A stretch of 63,503 nt of DNA, filler included, from Conidiobolus incongruus B7586 (GCA_000697335.1; 11 parts of 11 records of this genome joined end to end with filler, not necessarily neighbours in it), one strand, 5' to 3'. Shown: positions 39,202 through 54,056, counted from the whole stretch's first letter. Program-made: numbers and translations. Notes: generated by a model not told the origin, from the letters alone.

Positions 39202-42200
39202 TATAAATATAATAGTAGTTTAGCTGACATAATATAAAGGAAAACTTAATATAAAAGTAATATGACACAGAATATGGTAATATAATGTAGAATATAATGT
39301 GGAAGTGTAAACAAAGTTTAATTAAGCTTTAAACTAAGATAAGTCACTGATATATTAAGATTTATATTAGCTAATTCTAATATGCTATATTATTGATAGA
39401 GTTTAGTTTCAATTTTAAGTATAATGTAAAAAATAAAAAATAATAAAAATTGAGAGAAAAAAGAAATACTTTATTCATTAGATAATTCAATGCTATTTAT
39501 ATAATTAATTTAGCTATAAATGTATAAATTAATTATATAATTTATAGTTAATTATATTATATAAAAGTATATATAAGGATTTAAAGAATTAGCCTCTTAA
39601 TACTCCCTTAGTAAATCTCTTAAAAGAGACATACTCCTTAGATTTTTACAAATAGGTATAATAAGCTAAGGTATTTTTAATATTTTCTAAAGGTTCTTAT
39701 ATAGCTTCTTTAATAAAATAACTTATTTATTTTATATAGAAATAGGGTTTGTTCTTAATAAACATAAATTTAATTATATAATTAATATAATATTCTTTTT
39801 CTCTATTTTAATTAATAATTAAATTGAGTTTTGGGGCTTTTAATTAATTAAAAAAAGTGTTAAAATCTTCAAAATAAGGTTTGATTTTATATATATGAAA
39901 GGTAAAGTTAAGCCTCAAAGTTAAAGGTAATTCTAAGATAGTATTTTTAAAATTTAAATTAATAAATTAAATTTTATAATGATTATAATATAATAGTAGA
40001 TATTTTAGATTTAAATTCTATTTAAGTAGAGTAAGTTTAAAGGTAAATTATTTTCAATATATAAATATATTTATTTTATATTTAAGAGGATTTTTAAATA
40101 ACTTTAAATACTATTATTTTATGATCCTTTAATTTACTTCTAAGTTAAATTTAATTAAGGAATTAATATATTTAATATTAGATTAAAATTTAATAACATT
40201 TAAAGATAAATTGATTTAAAGTTTCAAAGTAATTATTAAGTTAAAATATTTATTATAATTAATGAAGTAAAAGTTAAAACTAGTTGATTTATTAATAAAG
40301 ATGTTAAATAAATATTGAAGTTGATAAATATAAGTATTTTAATTTAACTGATTAATATCAATATAAGCTTTAATTATTTATTTTAAAGTTTTAATAGTTT
40401 TTTAACAAGTTTATTAGTTTAATAGTAATTAATAGTAGACATAATTAAGTTAATTTTAAAAGAAAAAGATAGTAACTTTTAAAATTAAGAGTTGAATTAC
40501 ATATCTTTATCTAATATAATAATTTGTAGAATTTTATAATAAGTAAAAATATTAGACAATAATAATTATATAATATCTTTAACTATAGAAGTTTTAAAAT
40601 AAGGAATAAAATAAACATATTTAAAAAATAAATTAATTACAATTAGTAAGTTATTATAACTATTTGTTGATTTAAGAATTTTTATGAAATTTAGTTAAAT
40701 TTATTATTAAGTTTCATTTGGGATTTGTAAAAAAATAAGTTCATTATATTTTAATTAAGTATTATACTTAATTCTTTAATATATATCATAAGTATTAATA
40801 TATTTCTAAACTAATTTAACTAAAGAAAGTTAGTAATACTTTATTTTAATTTTCTTAACAATCTTTAATTAATTTTAATATCTTTTAACTAGTAAGTTAT
40901 AGTATTTATTAAATATTATTTATTGAATATTAAGAATATTAAAGATATATAAAAAATCATTATAACATAATAAGTTATCAATAATTTTAAATTTTTTAAC
41001 ATATTTTAATTAATTTTTTAATGGTTTAAAAAGTTTTTCTTTGATTAAGATAAAAAAATCATTATTTAATAATGTTTCTTAAAGTAGTTTAATAAATTCT
41101 TTATTTTTTTATTAATAATCATTAAATTAATATTTGTTGTGTTTTTACAATTAAAACAAAAGGGTAAATATGTAAAATTTTTTAATAAAGTATCTATAAC
41201 ATAATTTTATTAGCCTAAGAAATATTAAATAAGAAAAAGGTAAGCTTGAATAATTTTAATTTATTTAACTTATCTTCTTGATAAATGTTTTTAAATATTT
41301 AATTAGATAAGTGATTTATTATTTATAAAAGTTAAAAAAAGTTATAAAATAAAAATTATGAATGATTTTTAATTATTTTTATTAAAGTAAAGAGTTTTTA
41401 TTTATAGATTAGATATTTTAATTCAGCTAGTTCTATTTTTCTTAACTAAAATATTATTAACTTTAAGATAATATTTATAGGGTTAAACTTAACTTATTCT
41501 CCCTTATTTATTATTTTATTTAATAGTTAAAGGGTAAAATATAAATTAAATTCAAATTAGGTTAACTATTTATTAATTACAAAAAAGTTAAAGTTAGTAA
41601 ATATAATAGTAAGTAATTTTAAATTAAAAATAAATAAGGTAAAAACATTAGTAATATAAAAAATTAAAGCATTTATATAAAAAGTATATAATAGGGTTTA
41701 TTTAAAAAGAAAGTCTTTTTTCAAGAGGTTAGTTAGAAAAGTTATAAGTTTAATAAAAGAATCAATAAAATCTTTAAAATAATTTAATAATTTAAATATA
41801 TACCTAAGTTAATTTTTTTTATAAGTATAATAAAAGCTTTAACACCACTTAGTTTAATAAAATTAATGTTAATTTTTTAAGAAAAAATAATATAACCACA
41901 GAAAAAAATAGAAGTAGCATTAAAAATATATTTAAATGATTTTAAAGGTAATTTAAATTCTTAAATAATTTATAAAACTTAATTAACATGTTAAATATAT
42001 TCTTTAGTTTTTAAATAAATTAAAATATTATTAAAGTAAATAATAATAAAGTTATTAAAAATAAGATTAAAAAAAGAATTGATAATTTAAGTAAAAGTTA
42101 TAAGGGTAATATATAACTTAAAGTTTATAATAATAAATTTATAATAACTTAAATATATATTGAAAATAGTTAGAGGAATAGAATTTTCTTTAACTTTAAT

Positions 42201-44886
42201 GTTATAGTACCTATTTTTAACATTTAACTTAATAACAACAGTTAATTTAAGTAATTTATCTTTAATATTATATAAGTTAAGTAATAAAGTTTTATCCTTG
42301 AAAATTTTAAAGTTTAAAACATAATTATCAATATATATTCATTAACCACCATTAACCTTTTATATAAAGAAGATTAAAAATCCTTATAATAATGAAAAAA
42401 GTTTAATATATCTATTTTCAAGTAATTTTTAAATTTTTTCTTTTAAGGTTTAATATTATTCAAGAGATAAATAGTAAGTAAACTTTAAGTATAGTTGTAT
42501 ACTAAAGAGAAATTTAATTTTGTGTTTAATATTATATTTAATAGGTAATTTACATATAAGTTTAAAAATATTAGTAAATTAACTTATTATATTATATAAG
42601 AAGTGGTTATTAGATATAACTATATTAAAATTAATAGATAAAGTGTTAATAAATGAATAATAAATAAATATATATCCTTATAAATTATTTAAGTTTTTGA
42701 TTAGCTTTTTATATTAATTTTTAATTATTATGATAAAGTTATTTAATACAATTATAAAGTTAATATTAGGTAAAGAATTTAATAGTTTTATAATAAGGTA
42801 ATATAGATTTTTGTAGATTAATTCTACTAATTTCTTATAGAAAGTAAAAAAAATAGATTTATAATCTTTTAAAGTCATATTTGTAAATATAAAACTATAA
42901 TATTTAAATTAATTTTAACCTAATATAAAATTATAACTAATGTTACCAACTAAAAATTTAATATATTAAGAGTAATTAAAAAATAGTTAAAGGTATTTAA
43001 ATATAATATTAGATGCTGATTCTATTAAGTTATTAGTATACTTAATTATTAAGTTATTTTTTAAATAGGTAAAGATAATTTTAAAATAATAAAAAAAAGA
43101 TAATATAATTAAAACAACTAAAGTTAATTAAAAAATTAACAAGTATGTCTATAAAAAAATTAATTAATATAAACAATAAAATAATAGTTAAAGGTAAAAA
43201 ATTATAAAGTAGATTATTAACTAAAATATTTTTAGTTTTTAATAATTTAATAAGTTAAATTTCTCTAGTATATATAGTTTAATTTATGGAATTATTGGTT
43301 TATTAAAACTTTTGAATTGAATTAAAATTTGTTAATTAATTATAAAAGGGATGATTTTAAAATTATATTAATATTATTTAAGTTTGATTTATGGTTAGTA
43401 AATTAAAACTGTTGAAAATTAAATTAATATAGCATTTTAAAGGGACATTTATCAATTTTATAGTTAACTTAAGTTTTTCAAAAATAATAATAATATTTAT
43501 TTATTCTTCAATAAGCTTTAGCTTCTTTATTAAATGTTTTCTTATAAAGTTTGAAAGCAAAAACATCTATTATTTAAGATTGAAATAAGTTAAAATAAGT
43601 TTTAAGGATTAATTCTTAAGATAGAAAGATTTAATTATAAAATAAAAGATATTATTAATTATAATTGTTATATCACAAATATTAGATAAATACATATTGT
43701 TAAAATATTCTTTATTAATTAATTAAAGCTTTACTTAAATATAAAAATATTATAATAATTTGTAGATTTATTCTTTTCTAGTTATATTTAATATATTTAA
43801 TTATATCTTATTAAATTTCTTAATTAATTATCTTATAAAAGTTTTTTATTTAAGTTAAAAAAGCTTTTCTTTTATTAATCAAACTTAATCTTTTAAGTAA
43901 TACCTTTTTTTAAATGCTTTTTCTAATAATTTAAAAGTTTATATTTTTATAATAGGTTATCCCTTTCAAGATTTTTTAAGATTAAACTTATAATAAGTTA
44001 ACTATTAAATATAAATAGGTTTTTCTAAAAAAAAATGGTTAATTTAAGGATATTTTTTAAATCTTTATTAAAAATCAAATCAAGTTAATTCTTTATGTTT
44101 TTAAAGTAATTTTCAAGTTTGTAGAGGTTTTTTGAGTTATTATAAATAGCTAATTTATATTTAAAAAAATTAAAGAGATGGTTTAATATATTAATTATAA
44201 TAAAATAATTGGTTTAATAAATTTAAACTTTTTAAGTTATGTTTTTTCAATCAAAAATAATTTAATATAAGCTTTTTAGAGGGTAATAAGCTTTTAAAAA
44301 CTAAAGTTTTAAATTCACTTAATAATTAAACTACCATCATTTTTAAAATAATATAAAGGTATCTCTTTTTTTAGTGGTATTAGAGTATATAATATTCAGT
44401 TAAAATAAAATAAGTTATAAATAAGGTTTAAAATAATAATAAATAGGTTAGATATAAATAGTTATTAATTTCTAGTAAGTTTCAAGTAGTTTTCTTATTG
44501 TTACTATATAATACAATGGTAGTTAAACTAATATAATATAAAAGAAAACTTAATATAAAAATAATATGGTATAAAATATAATGTAAAAGTATAAATAAAG
44601 TTTAATTAAGCTTTAAACTAAGATAAGTTACTAATATATTTAGATTTATATAAGGTAGTGTTAATATACTATATTATTAATAAAGTATAGTTTCAATTTT
44701 AAGAATATTGTAAAGAATAAGAAATAGTAAAAATTGAGAGAAAAAAGAAAAACCTAGTTTATTAGATAATTCAATGTTATTTATATAATTATTTTAAATA
44801 TAAAAGTATAAATTAATCATATAATTTATAGTTAATTGAATTATATAAAAATATATATAAGAGTTTAAAAAACTAGTCTTTTAACA
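39202..44886 (-). mobile_element. Full-length hypermutated Ty3/gypsy chromovirus, copy A (5685 bp; LTRs 44507-44886 and 39202-39602)
   Basis: Two direct LTRs; the 5' LTR begins TGTTAAAAG on the minus strand; perfect 5-bp TSD TAACT (39197-39201 and 44887-44891); purine tract taagggag before the 3' LTR; the internal region is the reverse complement of copy B. Confidence 0.95.
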
Positions 44887-45222
44887 TAACTAATTATTAT
44901 TAGTTAATAAATATATATAATTTGAAATTATTTAATTTTTTTTTATTTAATTAATATTTGATTATTTAAAATTAATAATGAATTTAAAAAAAATTAAAAA
45001 GTTTTTATTTTTTCAAATTTAAAATAATATTATATTTTTATATTATATATTAATATTAATATTTTATAAAGTATTATTAAATTTATAATTAATTCTATTA
45101 AAGGAGATATTTTGATCAAAATNNNNNNNNNNNNNNNNNNNNNNNNNNNNNNNNNNNNNNNNNNNNTTAATTAATTAANNNNNNNNNNNNNNNNNNNNNN
45201 NNNNNNNNNNNNNNNNNNNNNN

Positions 45223-48200
45223 TATATAATTCAATTAACTATAAATTATATAATTAATTTATACTTATATAATTAAATTAATTATATAAATAACATTGAA
45301 TTATCTAATAAACTAGGTTTTTCTTTTTCCTCTCAATTCTTACTATTTTTTACTTTTATATTATTTCTTAGATTGAAATTATTTTTTGTTCATATTATAG
45401 TATATTGGCATTACCTAATATAAATCTTAATATATTAGTGACTCCCCCTAGTTTAAAGCTTAATTAAACTTTATTTATATTTGCATATTATAACTATGTT
45501 ATATTACTACATTCTATATCATATTACTTTTATATCAAGTTTTCCTCTATATTATATTAGTTTAACTACCATTATAGTTATATAGTAATAATAATAAAGC
45601 TATTAAAAACCTATTAGAAATCAATAACTATCTGTATCAGATTTATTTATTATTATTTTAAATTTTATCTATTATCTATTTTATTTAAATTTAACACTAT
45701 ATACTATAATACCAATAAAAAAAGATACCCTTATACTATTTTAATAATGATAATAGTTTAATTACTAAGTGAATCTAAGACTTTAACCTTTAAAAGTTTA
45801 TTACCCTTTAAGAAACCTATATTAAACAACTATTAATTGAAAAAAAACATGTTTCAAAAAGCTTAAATTTAATAAACTAGTTATTTCATTATAATTAATA
45901 TATTAAACTATCTCTTTAATATCTTTAAAAGTAAATTAGCTATTTATAATAGTTTTAAAAACCTTTATAAGCTTGAAAACTACCTTAAAAATATGAAAAA
46001 TTACTTTGTTTTAATTCCTGATAAAAATCTAAAGAATATCTTTAAATTAGCCACTTTTTTTGGAAAAATCTATTTATACCTAGTAGTTAACTTATTATAA
46101 GCTTAATCTTAAAGAATCTTCAGGAGGATAATTTACTACAAAGATATAAACTTTTAAATAATTGGAAAAAGCTTTTAAAGAGAGATATTACCTTAAAAAT
46201 CAAATTTAATTAACAAGAGAAAAGTTTTCTTAACTTAAATAAAAAACTTCTATAAAATAATTAACTAAGAAATTTAATGAGATATGTTTAAATATACTAA
46301 ATATCACTAAAGAAAAATAAATCCACAAACTATTATAATGCTTTAATCTTTAAGTAAAGCTTTAGTTAGTTAGTAGGGAATATTTTAATAATATATCTTT
46401 TTCTAATATTTATAATATAGCAATTATAATTAATAATATCCTTTACTCTATAATTAAATCTTTTAACCTTAAGAATTAATCTTTTAAAATTTACTTTAAC
46501 CTACTTAAGTTTTAAATAATAAATGTTTCTACTTTAAAACTCTATAAGAAAACCTTTAGTAAAGAAGTTAAAACTTATTTGAGAGTAAATAAAAGTTGTC
46601 ATTATTGTTAAAAAACTTAAGTTAACTATAGAGCTAATAAATACCTCTTAAGGAAACAACATCTACCTAATTCTTAATAATCCCAACTTATTAATTATAA
46701 ATCAAACTTGAATAATATTAATATAACCTTAGAATCACCTCTTTTATAATTAGTTAGCAAGTTTTAATCTAATCTACAAAAGTTCTAATAAACTAATAAT
46801 TCCACAAATTAAACTATATATATTAGAGAAATCTAATTGATTAAACTATTAAAAACTAAAAATACTCTAGTAACTAATTTACCTTGTAATTTTTTACCTA
46901 TAACTATCATATTATTATTTGTGTTAATTAATTCTTTTATAGATAAATTTGTTAAAATTTTAATTAATTCTAGTTGCTTTGGTTGTATTATATTTTTTTT
47001 ATTATTGTAAAGCTATCTTTACCTATTTAAAAAAATAACTTGATAATTAAATATATTAATAACTTAATAGAATAAACATCTGGTACTATATTTAGAAACT
47101 TATCATTATTTCCTAACTACTCCTAATATATTAAATTCTTAGTTGGTAATATTTGTTATAATTTTATACTAGGTTAAAATTAGTTTGAATATCAAAGTTT
47201 TATATCTATAAATATTACCCTAGAAGGTTACAAATTTATTTTTATTATATTCCAAAAAAAATTAATGGAATTAATCTTAAAAAATCTATATTACCTTATT
47301 ATAAAATTATTAAATACTATACTTAACATTAACTCTATAATTGTAGCAAATAATTTTAATATTATAAACAAAAATCAATGTAAAAAACTAGTTAAAAACC
47401 TTAATAATTTAAAAAGATATATATCTGTTTATTATTTATCTATTAATATTTTATCTATTAACTTCAATAAAGTTATATCTAATAATTACTTTTTATATAA
47501 TACAATAAGTTAATTTGCTAATGTTTTTAAATTTGTAGATAAATTACCTCTTAAATATAATATTAATCATAAAATTAAATTATTCACTAGTATATAACTA
47601 TATTTAAAGTTTATTTACTATTTATCTCTTGAATAATATTAAAGTTTAAAAGAAGAAATCCAGAAATTACTTAAAAATAGGTATATTAAACCTTCTTCAC
47701 TATAAAAATCTTTAATTCTCTTTATATAAAAAGCTAATGGTGGTTAAAAACTATATATTAACAATTATGTTTTAAACTCTAAAACTATTAAAGATAAAGC
47801 CCTATTACTAAACCTATATAATATTAGGGATAAATTATTTAAATTAAGTATATTCATTAAATTAGATGTTGAGAATAAATATTATAACATTAAAGTTAAA
47901 GAAAATTCTATCCTTTTAATTACTTTCAATACTCTTTTAAGCTATTATAAATTTACAGTTATAAACTTTAGATTGTGTATTACCTTTATAACTTTTACTT
48001 AATTTATTAATTCCCTTTTTAACCTTGTTTTTAATAACTTTATTATTATTTACCTTGATAATATCTTATTCTATTTAAAAACTAAAGAAAAATATATTTA
48101 ATATATTAATTAAATTTGACAAATTATTCAAGAACATAAATTACCTTTAAAACTATTAAAATATATCTTTAATGCCTTTTCTATCTTCTTCTATAGTTAT

Positions 48201-50868
48201 ATTGTTTTTTCTTAAAGAATTAATATTAATTCAACTAAACTCAATGATGTTAAAGCCTTTACTATATTTATAAACAAAGATTAACTTATGTTTATACTTA
48301 GATTATTAAATTACTTTAAAGATTTTATTGATTCTTTTGCTGAATTTATTATTCTTTATACTAATCTTTTAAAGAAAAACTCTCTGTTTAAATAAACCCT
48401 ACTATATACTTTTTATATAAATGCTTTAATTTTCTATATTACCAATGTTTTTGTTTTATCTATCTTTAATCCAAAACTACTTACTATTATTTTTATTAAC
48501 TTTAGTTCTTTTGTAATTAATAGATAATTAGCCTAGTTTGAATTTAATTTATATTTTACCTTTTAACTATAAGATAAAATAATAAATAGGGGAGAATAGG
48601 TTGAGTTTAACTTTATAAATATTACCTTAAAACCAATAATATTTTGGTTAAGAAAAATAAAACCAGCTGAATTAAAATACCTAGTTTATAAATAAAAACT
48701 CTTTGCTTTGGTAGAAATAATCAAAAATCACTTATTTTTCTTGTTTTGTAACTTTTTTTTAGTACTTACAGATTATAAATTATTCATTTATTTAAATACT
48801 TAGAAGTATTTATTAAGAGGATAAGTTAGATAAATTAAAACTACCTAAGTTTATTTTTTTTATTTAATATCTCTTAGGTTAATAAAATTATGTTATAAAT
48901 ACCTTGTTAAAAAATCCTACATATTTATCCCTTTATTCTAATTATAAAAACCTAGCAAATATTAACTTAATAAATATTAATGAAAGAAATAAAAAATTTA
49001 TTAAACTATTTTAAGAAACACTATTAAATAATAATTTCTTTATTTTAGTTAAAGAAGAACTCTTTAAACTATTAGAAAACTAATTATAATATGTTAAAAG
49101 ATTTAAAATTATCAATAACCTATTATATTATAATGATTGTCTATATGTTCTTGATATTCCCAAGATCTAACAAACAATATTTAATGAATACTATAATTTA
49201 CTTGTTGGAGGACATTAAAACTAGTTAAAAACTGCTAAAAGAATTAAAATAAAGTACTACTAACCTTCCTTAGTTAAATTAGTTTAGAAATATATTAATA
49301 CCTGTGATATTTGTTAAAGAACTAAATATAATACTTAACTAAAATATAGTAAACTTATTCTTTTATAAGTCCCTAATAAAACTTAACAACAAATCTAGCT
49401 TAATTTTATAGAAATCCCTAAATCAATAAATAATTATAATAACTTAATAATTGTAATTGATTTATTTTCCAAATATGTTTATTTTATTCCTTGTTTCAAA
49501 ATTTCTATAACTAAAGATATTGCATAATTATTATTCTCTAATATTTTTACTTACCACAGAATTCCACAAACTATTATATCTAATAGAGATATGTGATTCA
49601 ACTCTTAATTTTAGAAGTTACTATCCTTTTCCCTCAATATTAATCTAACTATATCTATTATTAATTATCACTAAACCAATAAATTGTTAAAAAAACCATT
49701 AAAACCATAAAGTAAATCATTAAAGCTTATATTAACATTAATTAGTTAAATTAAAATACCTATATCTATCAACTCTAATATTTATTCAATATCTTTATCA
49801 ATAAATCAACAAGTTTTAGCCTTTATTTTATTAATTATAGCAAATATCCTAACTTAATAATTGCTCTAAAACTCTAAATCAACTTATCTTTAGATATTGT
49901 TGAATTTTAATCTAATATCAAGCATATTAATTCCCTTGTTAAATTTAACTTAGAAGAAAATTAAATGATTATAGAATAACAATGCTTAAAGTTATTTAAA
50001 AATCCTCTTAAATATAAAATTAATATATTTGTATATTTAGAACAATTAACCCTTAAACCTACCCTATTTAAATCTAGCTTAAAACTAAAATACTTACTAT
50101 TATATTATAGTCTTTATAAAATTTAATTTATTGATTTAAATTTTGAAAATATTATTTTAGAATTAGTTTTAACTTTAAAGATCAACCTTACCTTTCATAT
50201 ATCTAAAATTAAACCATATTTTGAAGAATTTAATATTTTTCTTAATTGATTAAAAGCCCCAAAACTAAATATAACTATTAATTAAAATAAAGAAGAAGAT
50301 TACTATATTTATTATATAATTAAATCTAAATCTATTAGGAATAAGCTTTATTTTTATCTAAAATAGATAGGTTATCTTATTAAAAAAGCTATATAAGAAC
50401 CCCTAGAAAATATTAAGAATACCTCAGCTTATTATACCTATTTACAAAAATCTAGGGAGTGTGTCTCTTCTAAGAAACTTATTAAAGGAGTATTAAAAGA
50501 CTAATTCTCTAAATTCTTATATATACTTTCATATAATTTAATTAACTATAAATTATATGATTAATTTATACCTATATAGTTAAATTAATTATATAAATAG
50601 CATTGAATTATCTAATAAACTAGGTTTTTCTTTTTTCTCTTAATTACTATTTTTTACTTTTATATTACTGCTTATCAATATTATAATATATTAGCACTAT
50701 CTAATATAAATCTTAATATATCAATGACTCACCCCAGTTTAAAACTTAATTAAACTTTATTTATATTTGCACACTACAACCACATTATATTACCACATTT
50801 TACACCACCTTACTTTTATATCAAGTCTTCCTCTATATTATATTACTTTAACTACCACTATATTTATA
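45223..50868 (+). mobile_element. Near-full-length hypermutated Ty3/gypsy chromovirus, copy B (LTRs <45223-45582 and 50491-50868)
   Basis: RT KANGG*KLYIN (from KADGGWRLCID, ~47730) and YLDNILFY (from YLDD, 48051); RNase H PAELKYLVYK*KLFALV; integrase VGGH / TCDIC*RTK / PQTIISNRD; chromodomain YLK*IGY...AI*EPLENI (~50355-50415); domain order RT-RH-IN-CHD. Confidence 0.95.
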
Positions 50869-51160
50869 ATTATAAACAAAATTTTTAGATAATTATTATT
50901 TGACTTAAATATAATAAAATTTAAATATAAATTATTAATTAAGGATATTTTAATATAAAGATAGTCATAATATATATATTTATATTTAAAAATATTAATT
51001 TTTGAATATATTTTATTAAATTTTTTTTATAACATTAATACTATATTGGAAAAATCAAATNNNNNNNNNNNNNNNNNNNNNNNNNNNNNNNNNNNNNNNN
51101 NNNNTTAATTAATTAANNNNNNNNNNNNNNNNNNNNNNNNNNNNNNNNNNNNNNNNNNNN

Positions 51161-53956
51161 AAATGAAAATGAAAGGTAAAAAATTATAAGATAAATTAGT
51201 TATTAGAATATTTTTAGTTTTTAATAGTTTAATAAGCTAAATCTCTTTAGTATATATAATTTAATTTATAAAATTATTAGTCTACTAAAACTTTTATAAA
51301 TTAATTTAAAACTTACTAATTAAATATAAAAAAAATTTTAAGATTATATTAATATTATTTAAATTTGATTTATAATTAAAATATTAAAATTATTGAGAAT
51401 TAAACTAATGTTGTTTTTTTAAAGGATATTTATTAACTCAATAGTTAACTTAAGTTCTTTAGTAGTAATAGTAACCTTTATTAACTCTCAAATAAATTTT
51501 AATTTCTTTATTAAAAGTATTCTTATAAAGCTTCAAAATAAAAACATTTATTATTTAAGATTTAAGTAAATTAAAGTAAATTTTAAAGGATTAATTTTTT
51601 AAATGGGAAAATTTAATTATAAAATAAAAGATATTATTAATTATAATTATTATATCTTAAATATCAAAAAAATATATTATCATTATATTTTTTATTAACT
51701 AAATAAAAATTTATTTAAAAATTAAAGTATTATAATAATTTATAAATTTATTCTTTTTGAGTGATATTTAAATATTTAAATATATCTTATTAAATTTCTT
51801 AAATAATTACCTTATAAAAGTTTTTATTTGAGTTAAAAAAGCTTTTTTTTATTAATCAAACTTAATTTTTTAGGTACTACTTTTTTTAATGGTTTTTCCC
51901 AATTGTTCAAAAGTTTATATTCTTATAGTAGGTTATCCTTTTGAAGATTATTTAAAATTAAAGTTATAATAAGTTAATTACTAAATATAAATAAATTTTT
52001 CTAAAAAATAGCTAATTTAGAGATATTTTTTAAATTTTTATTAAAAATTGAATTAAATTTATTATTTATATTTTTAAAGTAGTCTTTAAGCTTATAAAAG
52101 TTTTGAAAAATATTATAAGTAATTAATTTGTCTTTAAAAAACTAAAGAAGTAATATTATATATCAATAATATTAAAATAATTAGTTTGTTAGATTTAAGC
52201 ATTTCAAGTTATATTTTTCTTAACTAAATAATCTTTAAAATAGGTTTTTTAAAAGGTAATAAGTTTTTAAGGATTAAAGTTTTAAATTCATCTAATAATC
52301 AAGTTATTATCACTATTAAAATAATATAATGGGATTTTTTTAATAATATTATAATATATTAACTTGCAAAAATAAGTCATAAAATCAAAAAAACTAATAT
52401 TTTTACTAATAACTTGATTAATATTTAATGAAATAAACCTAAATTTAATAATTAAAATCTATTATATTTATTAATAATATATATCATTAAATGATGATAT
52501 TTAGTTATTAATTGGTTAAAATATAAACCCTTCAATCTTATCTAAAGTAAGTTATAAATTTTTAGGTTTTTGGTGATAAAAAAAATTAAAACTAAGTGTA
52601 TCTACCTTTAGCTTTTCTAACTTCTTTAAGTTTATAGGGTATAGAATCAATTAACTTCTTATATTAAAAAGGGTTAATCTTATTTTATGCTTCTTAAACA
52701 TATTTTTAAAACTAATTTAAATTTTCTACTAGGGGGAAAGCTTTAATAGCTTTTTTTAACTAATGCCAAAGATATTTAATTAGGTTAAAGTTAAGAGATT
52801 GAGGAAGCTACTTTATAATTATTATCTTGTTATTTTTAAACTATTTGGTAATAAAAGCTATAATATAGCAAAAGCTATTATATTACTAGAAAATAACATT
52901 AAATTTGTTTAACTTATATTATTTAATAGTTTCTTTTAATTTATTATATAGAATACTTTAATATATTTTAATATTAATTTCCCTAATAACTTTATAAAAA
53001 TATTTTATACCTAAAGATAATATAGATCCCTAAATAATAATTAACCTATTATTATACTTTTAGGTAAAATTAATATGATAGTTATAAAATAATTCTGTAT
53101 CTTTTCTAAAATATTTAGATTTTTTATTAAATTTACTAAGTTATATTATTATTTCATTAAATTTAATAACTTTACTTTAATTAGTTTTAATTTAATATTA
53201 GTAGTGATATTTAAACTCCCATTTAGTTTTACAATGAGATTTCTTTAGTTAGGGGTGTTTTTTCTTAAAATATAAGTGATATCTATATTAATATAAAATA
53301 TATATAATAGTATCAATATTAAGTAATATTCTTACATAGTCTTATAATTCTTGTTATATTTCTATAATAATATTATACTTGCTTATATTAACTAACCTAT
53401 AGTTATACTTCTTATTATATTTATTTAAATCTTAATACACTTAAGTTTAAGTTTAAATATGTCTTTATTGTTATTTTTAATAGCTTTAACTATAATAAAC
53501 TAACTAACACTAGTAATTCTAGCAATATCACAAGTTGATTTACCTACTTTATAAAGTTAATTAATATATAAATAAATTTTTTTAGAGAGGGATTTAAGTA
53601 TAATAATATTAATAAAAAGAATTTAATATATCTATAAAATATTATATAAAATAATAGCAAAAAGAGAAAAAAGATATGGTTATATATTGTTAAATATATC
53701 CCTTTATCTCAAAAACCCACAAATTTATAACTCATCTTAGTTAAATATTAAAGGTTGATATTTTTGCTAATAGTTTACTAAATATATCTAAATATATTTA
53801 TTTATTATTAAACAATATATTTTAATTATATATTATAGTTTTAAATAAACTAATATATATAATTATTTTGGTTATTAATTAAAATATATATATATTTTGA
53901 TTTTATGACTTATTTTTGCAAGTTAGTATATATAATATTAAATTTAAATAAAATAA
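51161..53956 (-). mobile_element. Third gypsy copy C (gag region), split by a Tc1 insertion and bounded by gaps
   Basis: 51161-52356 is colinear with ~43185-44390; the sequence resumes at 53929-53956 (tatataatattaaatttaaataaaataa, cf. 44387-44413). Confidence 0.88.
52357..53928 (-). mobile_element. Full-length hypermutated Tc1 (DD34E), 1572 bp, TA TSD, ~220-bp IR/DR termini, nested in gypsy copy C
   Basis: Left end tattaacttgcaaaaataagtcataaaatcaaaa versus right end ttttgattttatgacttatttttgcaagttagta; inner inverted match between ~52515-52580 and ~53705-53770; transposase remnant *LPQSLNFNLIKYLW. Confidence 0.93.
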
Positions 53957-54056
53957 NNNNNNNNNNNNNNNNNNNNNNNNNNNNNNNNNNNNNNNNNNNN
54001 TTAATTAATTAANNNNNNNNNNNNNNNNNNNNNNNNNNNNNNNNNNNNNNNNNNNN

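Noticed and set aside
47265..47513. 82-aa N/I/K/L-rich ORF
   Set aside because: Chance stop-free stretch within the hypermutated gypsy pol region.
7032..54056. Ten regularly structured TTAATTAATTAA palindromes that could be read as a repeat array or regulatory element
   Set aside because: Each is centred in exactly 44+44 Ns; this is an artificial six-frame-stop contig linker.
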